DNA from: Laetmonice hystrix
Taxonomy: Eukaryota
NCBI GenBank assembly: GCA_965235115.1
Contig: OZ249439.1
Coordinates: 8,680,001 to 8,744,000, forward strand
Direction: 5' to 3'
Length of the DNA: 64,000 bases
Shown here: piece by piece, positions 25,601 to 37,600 of the stretch
Layout: each line of letters opens with the position of its first letter
Position numbering within the stretch: position 1 is the first letter of the stretch
Notes under the pieces: model-generated
Database searches by the model: none
Told to the model about the DNA's origin: nothing
The model's input: the letters and a program-made list of their open reading frames with translations, nothing else
Position numbers and translations under genes: made by a program

Positions 25601-28600
25601 GCTTGCTGAACCAGAGTCTTTGCAGCGAGGTGGTGTTTCAATAATAATCTATTTTTTAACACTGGCCCCGAAAAGACGTCTTTTGAAAGACTCTTTCCGG
25701 AAAGACATCTTTCCTTATTGAAACGCACGGCTAACAGACCCTTACAAACCTTCGCGACAATCATACCAATGGATTAAAGAAAACACATGTGCCTTAGGTC
25801 ATTTTTTCAAAGAACAGATAAAGACCAGATTAGGAGTAGGTCCTACCTCTACAGGCGTGTAGATCCAGAGGGCCGGGTTGAAGAGAATGTGGTCAAACAG
25901 ATGTTTGAGGAGTGGACCCCCATTGGGTAAGTTGACCAGGTACTGAGTCAACTTGAGGAAACAGTTGAGGACATCTTCGGTCACGTGTTCTCTCGACGAC
26001 TGCAACCAATCACATTCATCGTTATGTCTGAGAGGTTGGCCCTCATTGGTCAGGGTGACCATGTGGTGGGTCAGCGGTAGGAAACATTACAGGATTTTCC
26101 CAATATAACAGTAAATACTGAAGCAGCAGGGCAAAACTTTTATAGCTGTAATAAACCCTTATCTATGACAGATTTAAAGCTAAGATAAGGATCTAAATGG
26201 ATTCGTAAAGTAATGAAATAATTTCATAAATTCATAAATTCTTGTCTTTCATTGACAATAATGGCATTCATATAATTCCTAGACTCATTTAATGGAGGAT
26301 CCTTATCTGCCTCTCGCTCGTTTTAATTAGATTTCCTGGCCTGATTCTGGGAGCCACCTCCACCGCCCTGGAGCAGCCTGGAGCAGCCTGGAGCAGGGAG
26401 ATGCTTACCTTCTCCAGTAGGTAACTGATGACCAGGAAACCTTTGTTCTGTATCAACTGTTGCTGGATGGTGACAGACGACTCCAGGAGGTCACAGATCA
26501 GAGCCATTAACGTTGAGCTGTCAATCAAACACCTCACATTATAATCAAAGTATGGGAGCACTAACTGCACCAACAGAACACAACAAACAATATAATATTT
26601 TCTACCGTTCTCTGGGGGAGAGGTAAGGATACTACGTCTAGTTTGGGGGTGAATACCCACCAGATGGTGTAGTCTATCTTGTCAGCCTGCCCTGTATCTC
26701 CTTCCTGTACAAAGTCCAGCTGACCAAACAGTGGGAAGAGAACCTGTGGAGGGAGAGCATTGATCAGTCAGTATGAACAACCGGGTTAATTGAGTGCAGA
26801 TTTCTCGGTTACAATACAACAGATAACATGGAGGTATACCAGGAGGCCTACTGGATTGGGTATTGTTGCTCTCAATATTACTGGTTTTTGTTTCTCTGTT
26901 TATTTATTTATTTTTTTACTGGACCAGGATGGTAGGTTATGCTGACCGTAACATAGAGAGATTCAATATCAAACGCTTATGTTTTATTGGAGTAGGTTTG
27001 TCTCTTCAATATCATGTTAATGACAAGGGTTTATAAACACCCACTTTAATGAGGATTCCTTGCCAAGAATTAACTGGGTCAATAAAAGGTTCTGACCTGG
27101 ATTCCGCCAATGGAATGTAGTGTACTGTGAATGGAATGTGTGACTACTGCTTTCACATCCTGTAGTCAGAGAAACAAGAAACGAGGTCTTAGTGTCATCT
27201 GTGAACATTTAGATACATCTTCAACATATAAACAAGCATATTCTTAACCGAATAATTCTCTCCGCAAAACTCCCAACGTGAGAATTGGCTACAAATAAAA
27301 CAATGCTTACCAACAAACATGTTGTGAAATTTATACATATCAAACGAGCATATTTTGAACAGAATAGGTTTATTTCCATTGAATTGACCCAGACTTAACG
27401 TGAGGAAATGCTATTTTCTTATAGTTTCAGATTGTCCAGCACAATGAGACCAGTGACTTACCTGAAGTAGGAGTGCGTGAGGTGTGTGGACGAAGAATGA
27501 CGGATTTCCTTTAGGTGACGACTCCAGACAGAGCTGGCCGTCACAAGCCACCGGTGTATACATCAACATGATCGTGTTGGTCAGTCGGCCGTCGTACAGC
27601 GTCTGCCAATCATAAAACTCTCAAATAAACCTCCCGTTACATCTTCTTTTTTTCTATTTTGATCTTTTTCTGTGGCTATTGTACAATGACCCTTTATCAC
27701 GATACATACATACACGTTACAACCGCAGGACAAGCAGATTTTATCCAGGAGAACTGCGAGTTTTTTATTTCATAATCAGACAAGGGACATGGAACTACTA
27801 GATCTTACCTTTTTAATGCCTTCACCCATCAAAATATTACTCTCATTTTCAAAACGGAATTGACTCTGGAAGAGAAGAATAATACGGCACATTTTATGGC
27901 TATTTCTGAAAGTCTGACATGGAAATAAGTTTTAATACACTTTGTACAGATACGATTTGAAAAGATATCATATTATGGAAAAACTGGTCTGATCTCAACT
28001 ATACACGGACTGTGCGTGTTAGAGAACAGTTAAGATGAACTTCTTCAGAGATGTGTTGAGAAACCTTACTGTCAATGTTGGGCAGACTTACTTTGTATCC
28101 AGGTCCTAGTTGGTAAATGGCGTTGATGTGTTGAGGACTGAGTGCTTCACTAAACACATACACTGAGGACATCTGTCCACAGAACATGGTGTCTTCATCC
28201 ATGTCAGGTGTGCAGCCCAGGTAACACTTGTCAAAAGGCTGCAACACAACCGGTAACAACACTTAGAATTGGGACATTAGGGACATATTATTATCTGGGA
28301 CATCAACAACACTTACACTTGGGGCAGTAAGGACTCAATGCACCTGAGACATCAACAACTCTTATACTCGGGACATTAGGGACTCATGATATCAGGGACA
28401 TCAATAACTCTTATACTTGGCCAGTAAGGAATGATTGCACCTGGGACATCAACAACTCTTATACTCGGGACATTAGGGACTCATGATATCTGGGACATCA
28501 ACAACTCTTATACTTGGTCAGTAAGGAATGACTGCACCTGGGACATCAACAACTCTTATACTTGGCCAGTAAGGAATGATTGCCCCTGGGACATCAACAA

Positions 28601-31600
28601 CTCTTATACTCGGGACATTAGGGACTCATGATATCTGGGACATCAACAACTCTTATACTTGGTCAGTAAGGATTGATTGCACCTGGGACATCAACAACAC
28701 ACCCTTATACTCGGGACATTTGAGACTCATGATATCTGGGACATCAATAACTCTGACCTCTGAGGCATACAAATTTATATCTGGGACATACACGCCTTAA
28801 ATCTGTGTCCAATATAACCCCGATCTCTGCCTCATATCTGGGGCATCATCTTAAATCTAGGACACAAACACAATAATACTCCCTATGTTGCAATCAGATT
28901 TCCTACCCCTCACAAAAAGCTACCAAAATTTGTTAGAAACTTACGTCACTTGTGTTGACGAACCACGACATCTCTGTTGTTGATTGGAGCTGGCCATCGA
29001 CATAACACCTGAGTTCACTGCGACTCCAACGGTTGTATATGTGTGCAATGGTGACCATGTACCACTGTCGGGGGGGGGGGGATGAAAGGAGCGGCAAATA
29101 ATTACAGATGTCATGGCAATTCTTATACAATAGATGGAGACGTTCATTCAGTCACATAGGTCACTAAAGTATGAACACAGTGGATACGATAGCCCATCAC
29201 CAATGTAGTATGACGTAACAGTCGATGACGTCACTCAACGTGTGCTAATTAAGTTAATGACGTCAGTCAACGTGTGCTAAAGTGTTAACCATGGCAGGGA
29301 CAGCCACCACCATTGTTACTGGCCCAACAACCATCTATGCATGCACAGGGACATTCAGAAACAGACTGTCTCGGGATTTAACTCCTTCAATCGTTACAGA
29401 CATAAAAACACGCAATTTGCCGTACATTAACAAAAGATTACTTTAAATAACGGGTTTAATGTTTCTTTATTCAAATGAAGTAAAATCCACATTGTTTAAA
29501 TTTGTCAGAGTTCCATTATCTTATGACAATCATGCTCTTGTATTAACTTTGACTCAAGAAAGATAAGTTCAATCTAAATTAAATAAATTTTACCACATAT
29601 TTCTTTTAATACAAAGTTCACTTAGGCTCAAATTATTGCAGAGAATTCGCATAAATTTACGCATAAAAACGAAAGTTAATTCAACAAGTAACGTGAACGA
29701 TGTAAAAGCATGCATACACGAGGCAAATAGACTTATAACAAAGCAGACAAGGGATAAACTACAAACTGTACGACTCAACTTGAGAACTCAACTCTACAAC
29801 TCCACTTTACGACTACTCTTACGGTGACAGTTGGCGAGCCGACAACTGCCATGTTACCTACTACATGGGGTACTTACAGTAATAAAGGTGGCTAGGGTCC
29901 GAAGTGAACACATTCCCCATCTCTGCCCCTAACTCACCCACCCATACAGACCGGGTACGGATAACTTTAAACTTCGCCGTCTCTAACTACGTGGACTCCC
30001 ATGTGGTGCTCAAGTCTGTATGAAATCTTTGTTTCTTTTTGTCGGAAAAGAAAAACTTTTGAATAACTTTCGGTCAGCTGTTTCAGGTGTGTATATCTGT
30101 CACTACAATAGGACCCTTTCCCTTGTGAATTGTGTTTATGTGTGTTTGTGGTTCTGATGTCTTCTTATGTGTCAAAGCAGTTTCAAAAGAGTTATCAGCA
30201 CAATGTCAGTAGAGAGGGGTTTTTTGAAAGCAGGTAGATATAACTTTGACGCTTTCTTTATCATTTTAATCTCTTGTCATTTGTGTGTTTACCTCTCAAC
30301 TTCTGCTTTCTCTCTGTCACCAACCAGGACCGAATATTAGAAAACCACCAAATACCAAAAACTATGCTAATATTGCTATTTCTAAGCAAACAGCAGAGAG
30401 CACTAGAGAAAACCAAAGCTTCAGATTTATCTGAAATATTTTCCAATGAACTACTAAAAAAGTCCGTGGCTTGGAGTTAGCTTTATATGGCTGCACGGTT
30501 CCAAGCTGGCAGAAGTGTGTGTGTTGGAAGTTTGTGATTGGCGTGCAGTGTGCGCGTGCGTGTATTGGCACCCTAGCGCCCCCTGTAGGTAGTGTGGAGA
30601 GTGAACACTTACTCCGGCCCGTTGCCATGTGGATGCCGACTGTCCTCCTGAACATACCTTGCGGGGTTGGAAGTCGTACTTGACGCAGTGCTGGAACCCT
30701 TTGCCCTTCACCTTCATGGAGGTGATGACAAGGGCGTTTCCAAGGAAATGTCCCGAGTAACCGATCCCTTTGCTTGTACGGAAACTGAAACAGGCAGACG
30801 AGCTCATACACCATCCTTTAGTTATGGGACATAATGGAAGAAATTAATTCGGTTAACAGCATATAACAATGGTTAATTAAAAGTACATGTATATTAATTT
30901 TGTTGTACTCGTGAGTAAAGGCACTAAAGGCAGTAAGATCTAGTAGAGTACCTTCCGCTCTCATTCCTTGACCTTGCTGACCTTTCGATTTTAATTCATG
31001 ACCTTCATCACAAACAACATAATTTGTATAAACCGTTGAATAGGCTTTGTCTCCAGCATACAATTCCCATCCCTCTCGCCGAGTACAAACAGTGATCTGC
31101 GCCAAAGGCTGGGTCGGATAAGGTCCGTTCTCCAGCCACCCCGATCCTAGCTGACATTGAGCGTATTGTTGGAGGAACCGTTCGGTGGAATGTCAGTCGG
31201 CTCGTTACAGTCTCTGGGGGCGTTAATCACATCATTCAATCCATAGTCCTTAAATGTCAGCGTGCCAACGATTAGTCCCCTCCCTCCACTGGTCGGGTCC
31301 TATAGCAGGTCCAGCATTGTGATGGCAGACAGCACTGCCCACTGGTGACTGGGCCGGCGGCCCGGGGCATGGCAACACTGAGGCCGGGACAACAGCCCGC
31401 TGGGGGCCGGGACAACACCCCACTGGGGCATGTGACGGTAGGAACCCTCCACGGGCCCGGTGGTGGGACAATACCCCACCGGGGGGGATACCACCTGATC
31501 CCTAACGGGGTCTGGTGACGGGGCAACACCCCACTGGTGACCGGGACAACACCCTACCGGGGCCCGGAACAGCATGCCACCAGGGCCCGGGACAAGGCCG

Positions 31601-34600
31601 CACTGGGGCCCGGGACACTACCCCGCCGGGGGCCGTTGATAGGAGACCGCCGGGGCCCGAGGTCCAGGCCCATCTGAGACCGGTCCACCCACAGTAACCA
31701 GGACTGACTGTAGCGCTGTGCCCTAACCGTTCACAGACCGCGGGCATTCAATATTCAATATTAATCCATCACACAGGCGGCAGGAATAACAGCCTGTTTT
31801 TACCAAATACTCGGTCTCTTAACCTGGCAACAGTTATTATCTCCTCATCAAATCACGCATTACGGACACTTGGACAGACGATGGACTTTCTTATTACGGC
31901 TGGCAGAAACCATGTCTATGATACGCCAGTATACACCCACCCAAACAGCACCCAAACCCAGACATTTCAGTACCCTAGCTGTTGATACCCCCAGCCGCGT
32001 CCACACACCCCAGCTGTTGATACCCCCAGCCGCGTCCACACACCCCAGACCACAGGGTAATCAGCTCACACAGACAGTAGATACAGATTCGCTGGTCATC
32101 CTTTATCTCACAGTCAGAGACACAATGACGTATAGGGCCCGCCACATCCACCAGTCAGTGATGGATTCGATGTCAGGGAAAACTATGAAACCACCTGGGG
32201 CCGTCCCGGCTCACAGAAACTTGTAACTAGGGGTGAACACAATTTATCGAGAAGAAATCCTGCCTGTTTTTAGATGGCAAGCATAGTCTGTGCTGCAGTT
32301 ACTGCATTAACTACTGACAGAAACTGTATAGAAACGTCAAAGGCTGCGAGTAATGACACATGGAAAACACATTTGTTCTGATGAAAAAATCAACATGGTT
32401 TCTACAGACAGGAACGTTGGTGGAATCCAATAGACTGTTCCGGGACTCGTGGGATGTCTGTGTCTCCCTTGGTGAGCCTGGCCGGCTCTTACCCAATCTT
32501 CTCACCCTATTTCTGAATGGGTGCACAGATCAATAATCCGGAGAACCCCCAGGAACCCAGTCCTGTTTCCCTTTGGTTTTCTCCAGGGGATAAAAAATCG
32601 ATTCCACCACTACATATTGCTTCATCCGGGACTCCCGCGTCCGACTTAAAGCCTCGTTCTGGGGTAGATCTCCAATGGCAACATGTCCACCAAATTTGGT
32701 AGTGAGAATTAAAAATCTATAACGAGTCCTAAACACCAAACCTAATCAGAGAACTTTCACAACGTTGTGGAAGATCTCGGACCTGGCTCCTAGTCCCACT
32801 CCCTTGACCCCTACAGAATATTTACCCCTATCAACAACCCTACCCCTAACCCTAACCAACAATATCGTGGGAATGTTATACTGTAGGAATAAACTTGAGA
32901 ACGCACCAACCATCCGTGTAAGGTCAAACGTTGCGATAACAAACCCCACAGACTGGCCTAGACAAGGAGCTTCCAGTACACAGGCAGGGATCAGGTATAC
33001 CAAAGCTGGGGAGGCTGAGGGCAGAAGATGGACTCACCAGTAAAGATAAGGTTTCTCCCGTTCGATGGTCACTCCTGTGACGGGGTCAAGCCGCAGCCAC
33101 GCGTGGAATGTCCACCCGTTCTGGTACGGCCACTTGGCGATCGGAGGCAAGGCAATACCCTGTAACCATGGCAACAAAAATTAGGTCAAGCTTTAAACGG
33201 AGGTATGTCTGAAGTCCAGCCTCAAACTGAGGTCAAACGCAACCATAAGGCTCAGTATAAGGTCAATGGTCCTTACTTCCGGTTGCAGGAGCTACAACAA
33301 AAAGTAAGTCACCTGTCATCTCGAGGTAAAAACTGAACCCTTATGCCAAGGTCCAATGTGAGACAGGCTGATTTGAATATTGACAACATGCCAGAAACAC
33401 ATTACAATAAAACATTTAACCATTACCAGGTAAGATTTATTGAGCAACCTCTGCGGTCTAGTTGAGCTGCATTAGTCTGGTTTGAGAAGAGATGTTCGCA
33501 CTGCTGCTCGCAGGAGTACTGATCATCTACATGATCGAATCGTCGTGAACCACTACAAAACTAATCTCATTAAGTCACTGCAAATGTGCCTCGAATCAAA
33601 AGTAAAATGTTGAATTCATCAAATTGTCAAAACAAATGTTCTCACTTTGACGGATAAAAACACAAACTTTTCTCTGCCACTTTCTCAGCACTTTTCCCTC
33701 GTGGGCACACGCAGTATTAGGATACTAAACAATCTACTTCTCTGGTGAAATAATGAACCAATTAACAATGAACTAACTGCTTTAGTGGCTTCTTGCTTCT
33801 CTTGACGCCACCAGAACACTTTAATTCCACCACTGACACACTATATTCCCATGTGGTTATCAATTAACACCCCTGCTTCTAATCCCATTCTAAACCTTGC
33901 CAACAGCTTTCAAAGTCTGGCTTACATTCTTTATTTCTTGTGCTAATCTCGATTCTTCAAGCTCGATTTCAAAATGCCTAAGTGAAAAGGGATAACCCGA
34001 GGAGGAGCTGACCTAAAAAAACCCATCTCCCGGATATAATCTGGTTCACATCGATTTCATTCCCACACCACCATCTCCATGAGATCGTCATTAAGACATC
34101 AAATAAGCCAATCAGCATGCACGATTCAGTGGGGATGTTATTACACAGTGGCGCCAAACGTGCCTCTTTTTATCTGTTCTGACAACAAGCGGCGGTTTTA
34201 CTCGTCGTGTGAGAAGGAAGCTGGTCAGTATGGACAGGATTGTGTTGGACTTTTTGTACAGTCCCAACTGTATAGTCATTCCTGGCGACAGGGAAAAAAA
34301 TCAACCGTGATGAAACAGGACTCTTAACAGGACGCCATCTTGGAAACTCTCGCTCTACTGAATAAGGCGAGGCGAGCCGAAACATAGGGCACTGAGAACT
34401 TAGGGGAAGACACCTCAGCCAATTTGTAACCACTGCCCTTAGCCATCTGCCATCCCTCATCTCATCTATATCAGGTACCCTTATCCTAATACCACCAAAC
34501 CCTCATCCCACCTCGACAGGCTACCCCTCATTCTAAACGTTAACCCACCCACCGCCCCTAACCCTCACCCCACCTGTACAGGCTACCCCTCATTCTAAAC

Positions 34601-37600
34601 GTTAACCCACCCACCGCCCCTAACCCTCATCCCACCTCTACAGGCCACCCCTCATTCTAAACGTTAACCCACCCACCGCCCCTAACCCTCATCCCACCTC
34701 TACAGGCTACCCCTCATTCTAAACGTTAACCCACCCACCGCCCCTAACCCTCATCCCACCTCTACAGGCTACCCCTCATTCTAAACGTTAACCCACCCAC
34801 CGGCCCTAACCCTCACCCCACCTCTACAGGCTACCCCTCATTCTAAACGTTAACCCACCCACCGCCCCTAACCCTCACCCCACCTGTACAGGCTACCCCT
34901 CATTCTAAACGTTAACCCACCCACCGCCCCTAACCCTCATCCCACCTCTACAGGCCACCCCTCATTCTAAACGTTAACACACCCACCGGCCCTAACCCTC
35001 ACCCCACCTCTACAGGCTACCCCTCATTCTAAACGTTAACACACCCACCGCCCCTAACCCTCATCCCACCTCTACAGGCTACCCCTCATTCTAAACGTTA
35101 ACCCACCCACCGCCCCTAACCCTCATCCCACCTCTACAGGCTACCCCTCATTCTAAACGTTAACCCACCCACCGGCCCTAACCCTCACCCCACCTCTACA
35201 GGCTACCCCTCATTCTAAACGTTAACACACCCACCGCCACTAACCCTCATCCCACCTCTACAGGCTACCCCTCATTCTAAACGGTAACCCACCCACCGCC
35301 CCTAACCCTCATCCCACCTCTACAGGCTACCCCTCATTCTAAACGTTAACCCACCCACCGCCACTAACCCTCATCCCACCTCTACAGGCTACCCCTCATT
35401 CTAAACGTTAACACACCCACCGCCCCTAACCCTCATCCTACCACTACAGGCTACCCCTCATTCTAAACGTTAACCCATCCACTGGCCCTAACCCTCATCC
35501 CACCTCTACAGGCTACCCCTCATTCTAAACGTTAACACACCCACCGCCCCTAACCCTCATCCCACCTCTACAGGCTACCCCTCATTCTAAACGTTAACCC
35601 ATCCACTGACCCTAACCCTCAATCATAGCAGTTGTATATATTATCTTCAGAAATACTCGACCTATATACAGCCTACTCCTCACCTCATCTATCCTAACAA
35701 CCTTGTACCCCTCTGTAATCGCTCCCAGTGATCCCAACCTCCGGAAGGGTTTAACCCTTGCTCCACAAACCCATTACCATTGTCGACTGCGGCTTTACAT
35801 TTGTCAGGCTACATTTTCTCATTTCGATAAGTTAATGAGAGACACGAGGTAAAACCTGGGGCCGCTGTGTCATGTAAACTAGGCTCGTTAGTGACGCTAT
35901 TAAAGGCGTCATTTAGACTGGGACACACAGGCACACCTACGTGGGAGGAAGAGGAAGGGGGGATTCTGGTTACCAGGGGCAACCAATAGGTTGTAGTATC
36001 TACTGTATTGGTGCACTTTTACGCAATCAGAAATCGTCAGATATAGACGTATGCGCCTATATCCGGGTATAAGCGCACCCCAATATTCACATATAGGCGC
36101 ACCCCAATATTCACATATAGGCGCACCCCAATATTCACATATAGGCGTGCATGCACACCCCTAATGGTACGTCCATTCATGTTCTCAAGCCTATACGGTA
36201 ACACAACTGCACAATATAATCACGTACGTGGGTGCGACTATATCTGAATAATAGATTTAACGCGGGAAATTAGAAACTGTCTCACATACAGGCGCATGCA
36301 CCCACATGCGCCTGTATGTGAGTATTGGTGCATCCACGCAGGTGTTTATTTAACACTACCGTACTGACGCACTTTTAGGCGCGTGCGCCTAAGGGGATTG
36401 TTGCGGTTTTTTTGGAGGAAATATTTCTTCAGAATCCTATACCTAATCCTAACCTTAACCTCACTCCATTTGTATTTTCTTATTTATATAATTCAAATTG
36501 TCTTATACCACAAAGTTGATTACCTAGGACCTGCATAACCACGGAATCTGGGTCCGACAGATCGCTATTCCTTTCACACCTGGTTTCGATACACTGTGCA
36601 GTACTTGAGAGGTATATTGTGAGGCCGGTCTGTCGTTCAAAGGTGTTTGCGAAATACGGCCATCAACGCTGGGTGGGGGTGGGTCTGAGTGGTGCAGTGG
36701 TAAGCCAGAACAACTTGCACTTCACGAAGAATAGTGAAAGGTGACAAGTCCTTGAAGTGTTGACCAGTCAGTGTGCACACATGTGGCGATTATTCCCCCA
36801 TGGCAGGGTTAAGGAGAGGGATATGTTTTTGGAAGGTGTAGGGATAAGGTCGGGGCTATGGACTTTACTTCAGACTAAATTTCATGTGGATTTGAAAGGT
36901 CTGTTGCAAACCCTCGGATGTGCAACTATTTAAACGTTTTCCCCAAAGAACTGTGCCCTTATATATAAGGTCGGCCTGCTAATTGGCATGAACGAACTGC
37001 TATTTGCTTCCCCCGCCCCAATATACATGTATCTGTCGACTAGCTAACACCCGTGTGCTGCACGGGTTTGCACTTGAGCACCATTGTTCGCCTAAATCAA
37101 GCGGTCCGCTACAGGCGGGTAAATGCGGTTGTATAGAAGAGCACACGATGCTCAGACATCAGACATGTATGTTTATTTAGCACCATAAATATACGCAGGT
37201 AGGTGCGCCTATATGTGAATATTGGTTTTCACGATGTAAATAAGAAAGTGCCCCGGATATAGGCGCATGCGCCTGTATCCAGGTATAGTCGCATGCACCT
37301 AAAAGTGCGTCAATACGGTATATAGGGTGATCTTGACATGACTGTTATCTCTGTCATCTCATGAGTTGATCCATGGATGTTATTGTTAGATTATTGTATT
37401 ATTGTGCATATGATTCCAGATTCTTTTTTTAAACTTCCCATTCTAAGTAAGACCTGAAATCTCTGCTCTTAATTTCCTGAAGTATAATAACACCCCTGAT
37501 GTTTGACGGTCTTGACTCGGCCCGCTGGCCTGGCTTGACCCCCAATCCATCAATGACAGAGATCAAACAGCACGGGCGCCTCCGCCCTCACTCACCGCGC

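Noticed and set aside
32835-32860. Telomere or interstitial telomeric tract (also about 36440 and 46890-47010)
   Set aside because: Only 2-3 imperfect CCCTAA-like units; more likely parts of dispersed non-autonomous repeats, which I cannot classify without a library.
36680-36720. tRNA or tRNA-derived SINE (tggtgcagtggtaag A-box-like)
   Set aside because: No B-box, cloverleaf or tail follows.
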